From a bacterium (GTDB lineage Bacteria; Krumholzibacteriota; Krumholzibacteriia; G020349025), in NCBI GenBank assembly GCA_031362565.1, contig JANLSU010000119.1:9970-73969 (forward strand): 64,000 nucleotides of DNA, given 5' to 3'. Under the pieces are notes generated by a model. It saw only the letters and a list, made by a program, of their open reading frames with translations. It ran no database searches and had not been told where the DNA came from. Every line of letters starts with the position of its first letter. The stretch's first letter is position 1. Positions 26,075-35,799 of the stretch are shown here, in pieces. The position numbers were made by a program, and so were the translations under genes.

Positions 26075-27337
26075 CTAACGGCGGGCGCGTCGCCAAGCGA
26101 AGCCCAACGACACCGTGCTGATAAGGTCTTCGCGCGACCGGGTGGGACTGCTGGCGGCAAGCGCATCCAATTCCTCGACGAAACCGAGGCTCATGGAGAA
26201 CTCACCGAGCCGCAACGGCCACACGTACGCCAACCATGCCCCCGAGTAGGCGAGAGATTTCTTGAACCGCTCGTCGTAGACCGCCTGCAGTTCGAGATGC
26301 AGGCGCGGCACGAGCCTCTGGTCGAACCGCACGTCGTAGTGGTCGTAGCTGATGAGCTGGCGGTGGGCGGCGTGAACCCGCGAACCGAACCCGGCATACT
26401 CGAGCCGCGCCCAGGCGCCGCTCCACGGCCGTGCATCGACATCGAATCCGATGAGATAGTTGGGGTCGGCGCGATTCAAGAACGTCGCGCGCGCGTCGCG
26501 GTCGTCGCCGTAGTGAGCGCGAATGCCCCAGTCGTACCAACGCAACGCCGGCGTGATGCCGAAGCGCTCCACACCGATGCGGAAGAGATCGAGCCTGGTG
26601 GTGATCTCGAGCGGCTGATACGACGGCGTGCCGTTGGCGATGCGGAGCGTCGCACCGGTTCGATGTCCGGTCCGCTCCGGCGTCACGCGCAAGATTCCAA
26701 GTTCGATTCCGCCCTGCGACTCCCACCACTGCCGGTCCACCCATTTGTCGGAGCGTTCGAAAAGTTCCTCGAGACGCGCGACGGCGAGCACCGTTTCGGC
26801 CGGCGCAAAGGCGCGCGGCGCGGTGGATGGCGGTAGTGCCGTGCCGGGCGATTGCGCGCCGATCGCCTGCCGCAGCGCGTCGATTTCGCGGCGCAAGGTC
26901 GCCAGCGAATCCTCGAGCACCTTCGAGCGCGGTTCGACGTAGACTCGTACCTCGGCACGACCGGTCGTACGCACGAATCCGAGCGGCGACACGCCGAGAT
27001 ACTGCGCCACATTCTGCCAGCGCGTTTCGCCAAGCCGTTCACTCAAACGCTCGGACGCCTTCGGCGTGACCTTGAAATACCGGCTCGGGTCGTGATCGCC
27101 CTCGAAGGAATAGATGTAGCCGGCCGGCGGATAGCGTCGCAGGAGATCGTCAAGAACGGCGCGGTGTTCTGGGAGAAGTTCAGCCAGGCCAGGATCGAAA
27201 GCCAGAGTCGCAACCGAGGCCCGAACCTGGGCGACGGCCGCGGCCGGCGGGTCGAACAGGGCGAACAGCCCCACGAATACGAGCCCACGGCGCAAGGCGC
27301 GACGAACCGCGCGGCACACTTCGAAACGAGTGGCCAT
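26075..27337 (-). CDS. Hypothetical exported protein, C-terminal half beta-barrel-like
   Basis: Signal-like GLVFVGLFALFDPPAAAVAQ. A short coiled segment (LATLRREIDALRQAIG). The C-terminal half has alternating aromatic/hydrophobic strands (WSGAWARLEYAGFG, LHLELQAVYDE, GAWLAYVWPLRLGEFSMSLGF). No family recognised. Confidence 0.5.
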   Translation of the reverse strand: MATRFEVCRAVRRALRRGLVFVGLFALFDPPAAAVAQVRASVATLAFDPGLAELLPEHRAVLDDLLRRYPPAGYIYSFEGDHDPSRYFKVTPKASERLSERLGETRWQNVAQYLGVSPLGFVRTTGRAEVRVYVEPRSKVLEDSLATLRREIDALRQAIGAQSPGTALPPSTAPRAFAPAETVLAVARLEELFERSDKWVDRQWWESQGGIELGILRVTPERTGHRTGATLRIANGTPSYQPLEITTRLDLFRIGVERFGITPALRWYDWGIRAHYGDDRDARATFLNRADPNYLIGFDVDARPWSGAWARLEYAGFGSRVHAAHRQLISYDHYDVRFDQRLVPRLHLELQAVYDERFKKSLAYSGAWLAYVWPLRLGEFSMSLGFVEELDALAASSPTRSREDLISTVSLGFAWRRARR

Positions 27338-27486
27338 GTCGGAAGCGTGGGCGTCTTTCGACCAGCAGACAAGACTTTTCGGCGCGAAATTACATGCTCG
27401 CGTGTGGAATCACACCAGAGCGGCGGTAGTGAACGTCGTGCGAATCACTCCAGCCAGCAGAGTCTGGATTGCGGTGACTGGAAGGC

Positions 27487-28164
27487 TCAGTTTCGATAGA
27501 GGAGTTTGACGTCCGACCAGGAGCGGTCTTCGATTCCCGCCACGCCTCCCGGTTTGTGCGCTCCAAGATCCGCCCACTGATACAACTGGAACTTGGCGGG
27601 ATCACCGGCGGGCTTGGAGAGATCCACCGCGATCACGAAGTAACCGCGCCCGCCGATCAGGTAGTCGGATTCACCCGACGTCTTGAAAAATACCGTCGTG
27701 TTCCAATCGCCGGCAAAGCACTGCCAGTGCGTGTCGTCGAGTCCGGTCGGATTGCTCCTGGAGCGGTAGAACTCGTGCCGTTCTTCGAGTTCGCTGCCCG
27801 CCGACAGCGTCGCGTCGACGGACACGATCCACAGGCTTGGATCGAGAGGCGGCTCGTTGGCCGGAACGTGCTCCGGGTCGAACATGCGGCGGTGAATACG
27901 CAGTTCTTCGTCCCGGCCCCAAGAGTCCACGCCATCCGGCGTGGGCCGGTCCAACACGAACCGGAAGTCGGGGTGCAGCAATGCCGCGAACGCCGCATAG
28001 TCGCGGTGCATGTACGCGACCTTCAGTGCTTCGACGGCGTTCGTGGGTTGCGGTGTGCCGCCCGAATTCTTTGGCCCTGCCGGCCCGGACCCTGCACCGC
28101 ACGACAAGCCAGCGACTGCAAGCAAGGCCGCGAACAACACGATCCAGCGTTGCGACAATTTCAT
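27487..28164 (-). CDS. Lipoprotein, hypothetical (NTF2/SnoaL-like feel), ending in W-S-D-V-K-L-L-Y-R-N
   Basis: AAGGAG upstream. Lipobox LAVAGLSCG. VEALKVAYMHRDYAAFAALLHPDFRFVL resembles NTF2-like starts. The fold assignment is weak. Confidence 0.6.
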   Translation of the reverse strand: MKLSQRWIVLFAALLAVAGLSCGAGSGPAGPKNSGGTPQPTNAVEALKVAYMHRDYAAFAALLHPDFRFVLDRPTPDGVDSWGRDEELRIHRRMFDPEHVPANEPPLDPSLWIVSVDATLSAGSELEERHEFYRSRSNPTGLDDTHWQCFAGDWNTTVFFKTSGESDYLIGGRGYFVIAVDLSKPAGDPAKFQLYQWADLGAHKPGGVAGIEDRSWSDVKLLYRN

Positions 28165-28182
28165 GATTTGTCACTCCTTCAG

Positions 28183-29103
28183 TCAGCGGCGCACGATGCG
28201 GGCCACCGGCGCCGGCGCCGCGGCACTCGCACCACCGCTCATCATCCGCACATAGTAGACCGCGGCGGGAACCGGCCGCGCCTGCGAGTCGCGGCCATCC
28301 CACACGACATGGAAAGGCCCGGAGCCCGTGAGACCGGCCGGGAGCGAGCGCACCAAGCGCCCGGCAACATCGAAAATACCGGCGCGATCACGGCCCGGTT
28401 CGACAGTGAATTCAATCAACTGGTCTCCGCGCCCGGGATTCGGGTAGACGCGGACCCAGGGCTGCGGTGTCGCGTTGGTCTGCGCCGGTGCGTCGGTCGG
28501 TGGGTTGGCGCGAAGTTGTACGCCGTTCAGCCCCGACAACAAGATTCCGCCGTACAGGCCCGAGTGCAGACCGATGTATCCGTTGCTCGTGAAGACATGG
28601 AAGCGGACGAACGTCACGCCGTCCTGGTGGAACCCGGCCCAAGCACCACCACACATCATCGGACCTGGCGAGCCCGAATCGACGCGCAAGCGGTTCTGAT
28701 GCGCCGCGTCGCCGGGTGTCATCGCATACAGGATGACCTCGTAGTCGCCGGCCGCCACGTGTTCGAACCAAATGCAAACGTCCGTCGGATTGTTGTCACC
28801 GATCAGCATGTCGTCGAGCAACGCTGCGTCGTTGGCGGTTGTGGTGGGATCATCCACCGCGAGGATCGCGTCGCCACCCGCCATGTAGATGTTGATTCCG
28901 GACGGGGAGCCATTGACTTGAGTCAGAGCCAGGCGCTGGTACTCGGGCAGCGCACCCACGGAGTTCCAGTATCCGGCCAGACCACGCGCCGCGTAGGTCG
29001 CCTGCGGCTTGGATGCCGGATCACCAAAGTCCACATTGATGGATTGTGCCGCGCAGCAAACGGGAACAGCGAGCGCGCTGAACACGAGCGCTAGCTTCCG
29101 CAT
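28183..29103 (-). CDS. Secreted hypothetical protein with FlgD-Ig/T9SS-like C-terminal domain
   Basis: Start reset to ATG at 29103 (GGAGGG upstream; signal MRKLALVFSALAVPVCCAAQS). Tail: VYPNPGRGDQLIEFTV...GIFDVAGRLVRSL...VVWDGRDSQARPVPAAVYYVRM. Confidence 0.65.
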   Translation of the reverse strand: MRKLALVFSALAVPVCCAAQSINVDFGDPASKPQATYAARGLAGYWNSVGALPEYQRLALTQVNGSPSGINIYMAGGDAILAVDDPTTTANDAALLDDMLIGDNNPTDVCIWFEHVAAGDYEVILYAMTPGDAAHQNRLRVDSGSPGPMMCGGAWAGFHQDGVTFVRFHVFTSNGYIGLHSGLYGGILLSGLNGVQLRANPPTDAPAQTNATPQPWVRVYPNPGRGDQLIEFTVEPGRDRAGIFDVAGRLVRSLPAGLTGSGPFHVVWDGRDSQARPVPAAVYYVRMMSGGASAAAPAPVARIVRR

Positions 29104-29205
29104 GGGTCCCTCCGATCGCGATGCGAGTCCTCCTAGAGCACGCGGGAATGGGCGCTGGCATCCAGGCCCCTCGCGCCGCCCGGCGGCGGCCTGGTTCATG
29201 GCGCG

Positions 29206-32200
29206 CTACCGCACGAGCGTCATGCGCCGCTGCCGCATCCCAGCCGGAGTTTCGAGGCGATACAGATATGTACCGCTCGCAACTGCCACGCCGCGGTCAT
29301 CGCGTCCGTTCCACTGCGCGGAATGCTCACCGGCCGTTTCGACTCCGCTGACGAGCCCGCGGACGAGCCGGCCGCGAACGTCATAGATGCCCAGCGTCAC
29401 CTTGCCCGCCGTGGGCAATGCGTAGTCGATCTTCGTAGTTGGATTGAACGGATTCGGCACGTTCTGCGCGAGCACGACATCGCGCGCCGGCGGCAGGTCG
29501 CCCGGATCCGACGTCGGTGCGTTCGGCTGAATGCGCAGGTTGTCGATGATCCATCCCCAACCGTTCGCGCCCGGATCCGCGAACAAGCGGAAGCGCAGCA
29601 GAACGATGTCGCCGGGTGCGAAGACGTTCAGCAAATTCATGTCGTGGGCGCGCAGCATTGCGGCGGTACCACTCGCTCCGTTGTTGAATGCAGTTTCCCA
29701 TTCCGGATAGAGCCGGGCATCGTAGCCCGCCTCGATCGGTGTCCAGGTAATGCCATCTTTGGTGCCTTCGACGACGACATAGTCGTAGAAACTCGGGTCA
29801 CCGAAGACCGTGCCCGGTTCCCCGGGTTCGACGATCGCCACGTCGTCGAAAAGCACATCGGCGTGCGCGCTGGCGACACGAATCGGCACCGTCAACATGT
29901 AGGTCAGGGTCGTGTTGTCGGCGTAGTTGTGCGGCGAATGGATGGCTTTGCCGACAAAGCCGGCATTGGTCGTCACCGTAAAGCCGTTGCCGACGAAATC
30001 GTTGCCCGCGGCTTCGAAATCATTGTTGTACTGGACGCGTGCCGCTTGGAACGTGAACACATTGATGGTTCGCGAGACGGACGGGTATTGAACGCCGCCG
30101 CGATAGCCCACTGCCATCACAACGCGGATCCCGGGCGTGGTGACCGGGATTTGTATGAGCGCCGGGGCCTGCGCGACGTTCGCGGGCAGGGTGGTGACTC
30201 TTACGCCGTTCATCTGCACCTGCGTCGAATCGTACGCTGACCGCAGGTTGAGCGCGATGTCGAGCTGGCCGTCGGGTCCCTGGTACAGATTGTCGATGAG
30301 CGGCTTGAAGGTCTTGCCGGCGATCAACGACGGAATCTTCACGCTCCAGATTCCACGCCCATGGGTGCCGGCGACGACTTCGTCCTCCGATTCGGCCAGA
30401 TCCCACACGCTGACGCTCGACAACCCATTGTTCGCGAGCGCCCAGGTCGTGCCGCCGTTCGTCGACTCCACCAAGCCGATTTCGGTGGCCGCCCAAAGGT
30501 GCGTCGGATCGTCCGAGAATACGAGAAGATCGTAGACTGCGACGTCGGGGAACCCATTGGTGCTCGGACTGCCGCCCTCGAAGCCGGTGATGTCGGACCA
30601 GGTGCTGCCCAGATTCGTCGTCTTCAGAATCTTGGGGCGCCCGGCAAAGCTGAACAAAACGTACGCCGTGTTCTGATCCGTGGGATGCGTCGCGAGGCCC
30701 GAGATGCCGCCCATGGTCACGGTCGTATAATTAGGAACCGCCGCAAACGTCGCCGCGCCGTTCGTCGACACATGAATGCGCGCTGTGGCGTCCATCCGCG
30801 CCCCGCCCCAGACGATACTCGGGTTGGCGCGCGAGATCTTCACGTCATGGAAGCTGCCGATCGCGCCCCAAGTCCCGACAGCGACCGGCGCCAGCGCCCA
30901 GCTCGCGCCAAAATTCGTCGAGCGCCAAACACCCTGCCGGCCGACGGCACACAAGAAATCCGGCGATTGGTTGGTCTTGGCGATCTTGGTGATGAACGGC
31001 GCGTTGGCCGATCCAACGTCGGAGAGTCCCGAGGTCGCGGACGTCCAGGTGGCGCCGCCGTCCAAAGACCGCGCCAGGCCGTTGTACTGCGACCCGCCGA
31101 TCATCTTGAGCGGGTCGTCGAAGTGCCACGACGTCTCGTAGCCGTCGCCGCCGATGGCGTTGGTCCACGGCGTCAAACTGCTGGATCCGACCGGCGAGAA
31201 CCACGTGCCGTTGTCCTGCATGCCGCCGAAGTAGGCCTGCGCGCCCGGCCGTTTGTCCGCGCCGTAGAACTGCGTCGTCGTCAGTCCGACGATCGGGTTC
31301 GACCAGTTGGTCGATGTGCTCGCAGAAACCCCGATGCCGCCATCGTTGGTATTCAGCAAGCGCCAATTGGGACCCACCTGCAGAACGGCGAGTCCGTGGT
31401 GGTCGACGTGTACCGAGCCCGTCGAGAGCTGCGCCGTGGTGCGATTCGTGCCGCTCAGAGTGATCTTCCAGAGGCGAATGCCGCCCACGTACACAATGTT
31501 CGTGTTGGTTGGGTCACAAACGATCGTGTTGTCATACCAGCCTTGCGCGCCGAGCCAGTTGGGTTCGGTGCCCGTCTCGACGGTTCTGGACCAGCTCGTT
31601 CCGCCGTTCGTCGAGATCCACAACTCCGAATGCGCCGTGCCCTCGGCGGCGGCGTACAGGCGGTTCGGATCGAGGGGCGAGATCGCAATCTCGAAGCGCC
31701 CGGAGAGATCGGTAATCCCGGTGTTGATATAACTCCAGGTTTCGCCGGCATTGACCGACTTGACGATCCCCGCCTCGTCCACCGTGCCGTATTGAATATT
31801 GAAATTGGCCGGGTTCTCGACGATCTGCAAAATCTTCTTCACACGCCCGGCGGAGATGTCGGTCACCGCGAATTTCTCGACCCAGCTCAGCCCACCATCG
31901 ACGGACTTGTAGATGCTCGAGCGCGGCAATCCCGCCTCTTTGTAACGTCCAACGGTGCAGGCTGCAAGAACGATGTTCGGATCGGTGGGATCGACGATGA
32001 TGCGCGCCACATTGTTAAAGGCGGGATTGTTGATCGTGGCCGCCAGATGCGTCCAGGTCGCGCCGCGGTCGATGGACTTGAGAATGCCGTTGCCGTTGAT
32101 GACGTCGACGCTGTAGAAGCTCTCGCCCGTACCCACATACATCACGTTGTGGTTGCTTGCCGCCATCGCCAGCGACTGGCATGACAGGACGGGGAAATTC

Positions 32201-32709
32201 GCCGTCAATTCGGTCCAGGTTGCCCCGGTGTTGGTGGTTTTCCAAACGCCGCCACCCGCCGTGCCAATGAACCAGGTGTTGCGGTTCGGGTCATCCGGGT
32301 CGACGACGATCGCCAGCGCCCGGCCCGAGACGTTGCCGGGCCCGCGCGATAGCCAGGGAAGCGCCGTCGTGACCTTTTGCGTGGCGCGCGCCCGCGTCAG
32401 TTCGCGCACCCGGTAGCCCGCCGTGTATTCGGGTTCTTGACGGTCAGCCGGAATCCGCATTTGCATCAAGATGCGCGCGAACTGATCCGGTTCGTCGAAG
32501 CCGGGACGGTTGTCCTCGTCCTCTTCCTCGCGGTCCGCCTGGTGCTTGGACCGAGGTTGGGCGTCGGCGTCGCGCTTGGACTCGAGAACCTGGGCCGCCG
32601 AACGCAGTGGCTCCGGCACGACTTGGCGGTCGAGCGCCACGCGCAGCACCAGAACCAATCCCAAGAGACTCGAGCTCGCGACCAGGGTTCCACGCCAGAG
32701 GTTTCGCAT
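29206..32709 (-). CDS. Large secreted BNR/Asp-box (sortilin/VPS10-like) repeat protein with FlgD-Ig/T9SS-like C-terminal domain
   Basis: Repeated S/T-x-D-x-G-x-T-W units: TNTGATWTEL, SIDRGATWTHL, SVDGGLSWVE, SVNAGETWSY, STNGGTSWSR, SLDGGATWTS, STNFGASWAL, TTNLGSTWSD, STNGGTTWAL. Tail: VPNPFNPTTKIDYALP...GIYDVRGRLVRGL...AQWNGRDDRGVAVASGTYLYRL. Confidence 0.8.
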   Translation of the reverse strand: MRNLWRGTLVASSSLLGLVLVLRVALDRQVVPEPLRSAAQVLESKRDADAQPRSKHQADREEEDEDNRPGFDEPDQFARILMQMRIPADRQEPEYTAGYRVRELTRARATQKVTTALPWLSRGPGNVSGRALAIVVDPDDPNRNTWFIGTAGGGVWKTTNTGATWTELTANFPVLSCQSLAMAASNHNVMYVGTGESFYSVDVINGNGILKSIDRGATWTHLAATINNPAFNNVARIIVDPTDPNIVLAACTVGRYKEAGLPRSSIYKSVDGGLSWVEKFAVTDISAGRVKKILQIVENPANFNIQYGTVDEAGIVKSVNAGETWSYINTGITDLSGRFEIAISPLDPNRLYAAAEGTAHSELWISTNGGTSWSRTVETGTEPNWLGAQGWYDNTIVCDPTNTNIVYVGGIRLWKITLSGTNRTTAQLSTGSVHVDHHGLAVLQVGPNWRLLNTNDGGIGVSASTSTNWSNPIVGLTTTQFYGADKRPGAQAYFGGMQDNGTWFSPVGSSSLTPWTNAIGGDGYETSWHFDDPLKMIGGSQYNGLARSLDGGATWTSATSGLSDVGSANAPFITKIAKTNQSPDFLCAVGRQGVWRSTNFGASWALAPVAVGTWGAIGSFHDVKISRANPSIVWGGARMDATARIHVSTNGAATFAAVPNYTTVTMGGISGLATHPTDQNTAYVLFSFAGRPKILKTTNLGSTWSDITGFEGGSPSTNGFPDVAVYDLLVFSDDPTHLWAATEIGLVESTNGGTTWALANNGLSSVSVWDLAESEDEVVAGTHGRGIWSVKIPSLIAGKTFKPLIDNLYQGPDGQLDIALNLRSAYDSTQVQMNGVRVTTLPANVAQAPALIQIPVTTPGIRVVMAVGYRGGVQYPSVSRTINVFTFQAARVQYNNDFEAAGNDFVGNGFTVTTNAGFVGKAIHSPHNYADNTTLTYMLTVPIRVASAHADVLFDDVAIVEPGEPGTVFGDPSFYDYVVVEGTKDGITWTPIEAGYDARLYPEWETAFNNGASGTAAMLRAHDMNLLNVFAPGDIVLLRFRLFADPGANGWGWIIDNLRIQPNAPTSDPGDLPPARDVVLAQNVPNPFNPTTKIDYALPTAGKVTLGIYDVRGRLVRGLVSGVETAGEHSAQWNGRDDRGVAVASGTYLYRLETPAGMRQRRMTLVR

Positions 32710-32752
32710 CGCGACGCTTCCTTCGGTTGAGATTTAGTGCCGGTGGCCGCGG

Positions 32753-33301
32753 CTATTCTACCATGGGAGCGTATTTTGCCGCAATTTTTACGATCGTGTT
32801 CATGTTGCGAACCGTGGCCGGGAGACCCAGCGCCTTCTCCAGGCCCACCTTGAAGAACGGCGACTCGCTCTGCTGGGCGTGGCAGAGCCAATAGGCTTCA
32901 CGGCCGTGGACGTGGAAGGCATCGACTTTGGTCTCGCGGGCGAGCAGCGATTGCTTGGCCTTGGCCGGGACCGGGTCGTCGAGCAAGGCGACAAGAAGTG
33001 CCCGGGCCGATGCGCGCTCCGGTTCCGGGAACGCTTCGTACTGCGCAAGGGCCGCGAGTTCCGCTCCCGAGCGGATGAAAGTCTTGACCTCATAGCCAAG
33101 AGACTTGCGCAGGTGCGCTTCGATCTTCGTCTGCAGTGCCGGCATGCTCTTCGACGGTGAATCGAAAATCACATTGCCGCTCGCAATGAACGTCTCGACG
33201 TTCTTGAAAGACAGCCCTTCGAAGAGCCGGCACAATTCCTTCATCGTCACCGTGTGGCCACCGACGTTGATGGCGCGAAGGAACGCAAAGCATGTCGACA
33301 T
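32753..33301 (-). CDS. DUF1697 family protein
   Basis: MSTCFAFLRAINVGGHTVTMKELCRLFEGLSFKNVETFIASGNVIF is the characteristic DUF1697 N-terminus. The longer track ORF (to 33898) is a run-on across the upstream gene. Confidence 0.8.
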   Translation of the reverse strand: MSTCFAFLRAINVGGHTVTMKELCRLFEGLSFKNVETFIASGNVIFDSPSKSMPALQTKIEAHLRKSLGYEVKTFIRSGAELAALAQYEAFPEPERASARALLVALLDDPVPAKAKQSLLARETKVDAFHVHGREAYWLCHAQQSESPFFKVGLEKALGLPATVRNMNTIVKIAAKYAPMVE

Positions 33302-33312
33302 GAGATCCCGTT

Positions 33313-33744
33313 TCAGCGCTTGAAACCCAAGACGAGAACACCGGCTCCGACCATGGCGATTCCGGCCCACTCGCGGACGGATGGCCGCTCGTTCAAGAAC
33401 AGGACGGCGAAGAGAGCGACTAGCACCACGCTCAACTTGTCGACCGGTGCCACCTTGGATGCATCGCCAGCCTTTAAGGCGCGAAAATAGCAGACCCATG
33501 ACGCCCCGGTTGCCAAGCCCGACAAGGTGAGGAAGAGCCAGGTCCGTGGTGCGAGGTGCAGCGGGTTGGTCCATTTTCCGGTCGCAGACACGAATGCGGC
33601 CAGCACCACAAGAATGACCATCGTTCGGATGAGCGTCGCGAGATCCGAATCGACGCCCTCGAGGCCGATTTTGGCGAAAATGGCGGTCAGCGACGCGAAC
33701 GCCGCCGACATGAGAGCCCATTGAAACCAAGTCGATGATGCCAT
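33313..33744 (-). CDS. EamA-like (DMT superfamily) small transporter, single EamA domain
   Basis: 143 aa with 4-5 hydrophobic helices; the ASWVCYFRALKAGDASKVAPVDKLSVVLVALFAVLFLNE pattern is typical. Confidence 0.75.
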   Translation of the reverse strand: MASSTWFQWALMSAAFASLTAIFAKIGLEGVDSDLATLIRTMVILVVLAAFVSATGKWTNPLHLAPRTWLFLTLSGLATGASWVCYFRALKAGDASKVAPVDKLSVVLVALFAVLFLNERPSVREWAGIAMVGAGVLVLGFKR

Positions 33745-33759
33745 CGCGGCTTCCCTTCT

Positions 33760-34617
33760 CTAGCCCGCAAACTCGTAAACAATTTCCGTGATCCGGCCAC
33801 GCCAGTACGGCCATGGTCCTTCCGGAAGGTCCCACTCCACTTCGCCGTCCAGTGGGATGCGCATGCCATGCTGCACTTCGTACGCCCCGAAGCGGCATTG
33901 CCAGGGCGTCGCGACCGGCTTTCCATCCACGAGCCGGTAGCGGCGCGGCGCGCGCACGCGATGGATCAATCCTTGCGCATCGAAGTGGAATTCGAGCGAC
34001 GCGGTGGTCGTGCCGTCCGTAAGCGTGCCGCGCGCCGAGTTCTCGTCCATTGCTTCCCAGCGAACGCCCTGGCTCGGCAGTAACACGGTTGGATACCAGG
34101 CGCCTTCGGCCAGGAATCGTAGCAACTCACCCTCGGCCACCTCGGCGGTGCCGCGAGTGTCCGCGACCGTCACGAGGCCGAGCACGGCCGCATGCAGAAC
34201 GCCTTCTCCCGCCACATACGAATCGTGCACGAACACCTTCAAACCGGGCGCGATCCGGATTCGCGCCTCCCAGTCGAAGCCGGCACGCCGGGTCACCACC
34301 ATCTGCGAGGAAGTGAACCGGTTCCACTTGTCCTTGGCCGTTCCCATATTGAACTCGCCGGCGTGCGAAAGATGCGCCGTGGCGACGATCGCTTGGCCGT
34401 CCGTGAGAACAGCGCGAAGGTAACGTTGCACCGGCGCCGGCAGCCCGGCGAGTTCGCGCGCGTCATAGATCGCCGGCTGGATCGCCAGGCGTCCAGCCTG
34501 CAACGTGGCGCGCCGCTCTACGGTTCGGGACCGCCACCGCGCGGCGCCAAAGGCGCCCGCGGCGGCAACGACGCCCACCAGCACCAGGAGAATCGCAACC
34601 GCGACCTTGATCCACAT
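33760..34617 (-). CDS. Membrane-anchored hypothetical protein (DUF6544-like as far as I recall)
   Basis: N-terminal TM IKVAVAILLVLVGVVAAAGAFGAA, then LPAPVQRYLRAVL...HAGEFNMG...FDWEARI. Good GC3. Confidence 0.6.
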   Translation of the reverse strand: MWIKVAVAILLVLVGVVAAAGAFGAARWRSRTVERRATLQAGRLAIQPAIYDARELAGLPAPVQRYLRAVLTDGQAIVATAHLSHAGEFNMGTAKDKWNRFTSSQMVVTRRAGFDWEARIRIAPGLKVFVHDSYVAGEGVLHAAVLGLVTVADTRGTAEVAEGELLRFLAEGAWYPTVLLPSQGVRWEAMDENSARGTLTDGTTTASLEFHFDAQGLIHRVRAPRRYRLVDGKPVATPWQCRFGAYEVQHGMRIPLDGEVEWDLPEGPWPYWRGRITEIVYEFAG

Positions 34618-34635
34618 TGCATCCGGCTCGCGCTG

Positions 34636-35799
34636 CTACGGCTGGACCACGAACGCGGCCGAAGCACGCGTCGTATCCCAGTCGAGGTTCAACACCCCGC
34701 CTAAATCATCCGAATCCACGTGGATGGTGAAAGTCTCGACGGGCTGCGGCGGCGCACTCATCTTCATGTCGATCGTGTAGAGATCCTTGTCGGCTTTGTG
34801 CTCGGTACCCCATTGGCCGGTTTCGCCATTGAAGACGAGCTTCCAGCCCTCGGCCGACGGGATCGTCCAGAGTGTGTAGAACCCGGCCGGCACGACCGTG
34901 CCGCCGAAGTCGAGGGCCTTGTCGGTCTTGAACTGCGTCGCAGCGTTGGCGCCCGTGCGCCATACTTCGCCGAACGGCACCACATCGCCGAAGACGGTGC
35001 GGCCGCGCTTGTGTGGCCGGCCGTAGTCGATCCAAAGGGTGGCTTTCGCCTTGTTGACCACGACCACGGTATCGCGCGGTGAGAGCATTCCCAGGCCCTT
35101 GCCGGCTTTTTCACGGGCCGCGAACGCCGCTGCCATCGCGTTCAAATCGAGGCTCGCAACCCGCGTGACGGTGAACTTGCCCGTACCGCGAACCGGCGTT
35201 ACGGCGAGCACGTGGCCCGCCTTATCGATGCGTACGTGGAACACGTCTCCATGCTCGTTGTTGATTTCGACCATGTCGTCGCCGCGTTTGTGCAGGCTCA
35301 ACCAACTTGTGGTCGGGGCGCCGAAGAAGTACATCGTAGAGCGCAGACTGTCTTTTTTGCTCTGCACGAACTTCATGATCTGTCCCTCGTAGCCTGCCCA
35401 CGGGCTCGAGCTGGCGACAACCAGAGTTCCCTTCGGCATCGCGAGGTTGATTTTCTGCATCGGTGCACTGCCGTTCTGAACTTGCATGTGCATCGAGTCG
35501 GCGGAAAGGGTGGCGTCGACGGTTTGGGTCGGTGCGGGGGCGCCGGCAGGCGTGACGACAAACGCCATGTGCGACATGGAGCCCTTGGCGAAGTCGTAGG
35601 TGAAGTGGCGCCGCAGCACGCGCGGCGCGCGGCCGACCTGATCGACTTCGAGACGCGAGCCCGTGCGGGTGTACGTCTCGACACTGGTCGTATCTTGGCC
35701 CAGCTGGACAACGAAGTTGCCGGTGTCGTTCGCGGCGGCGGCACGGCCGGCAAGCGCACAAAGAGCGAGTGCAACGAGGGCGCGGCGGACGAACAGCAT
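34636..35799 (-). CDS. Secreted protein with C-terminal DUF2911 domain
   Basis: ATG at 35799 (GGAG upstream; signal MLFVRRALVALALCALAGRAAAA). DUF2911-like block: WIDYGRPHKRGRTVFGDVVPFGEVWRTGANAATQFKTDKALDFGGTVVPAGFYTLWTIP. Confidence 0.7.
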   Translation of the reverse strand: MLFVRRALVALALCALAGRAAAANDTGNFVVQLGQDTTSVETYTRTGSRLEVDQVGRAPRVLRRHFTYDFAKGSMSHMAFVVTPAGAPAPTQTVDATLSADSMHMQVQNGSAPMQKINLAMPKGTLVVASSSPWAGYEGQIMKFVQSKKDSLRSTMYFFGAPTTSWLSLHKRGDDMVEINNEHGDVFHVRIDKAGHVLAVTPVRGTGKFTVTRVASLDLNAMAAAFAAREKAGKGLGMLSPRDTVVVVNKAKATLWIDYGRPHKRGRTVFGDVVPFGEVWRTGANAATQFKTDKALDFGGTVVPAGFYTLWTIPSAEGWKLVFNGETGQWGTEHKADKDLYTIDMKMSAPPQPVETFTIHVDSDDLGGVLNLDWDTTRASAAFVVQP

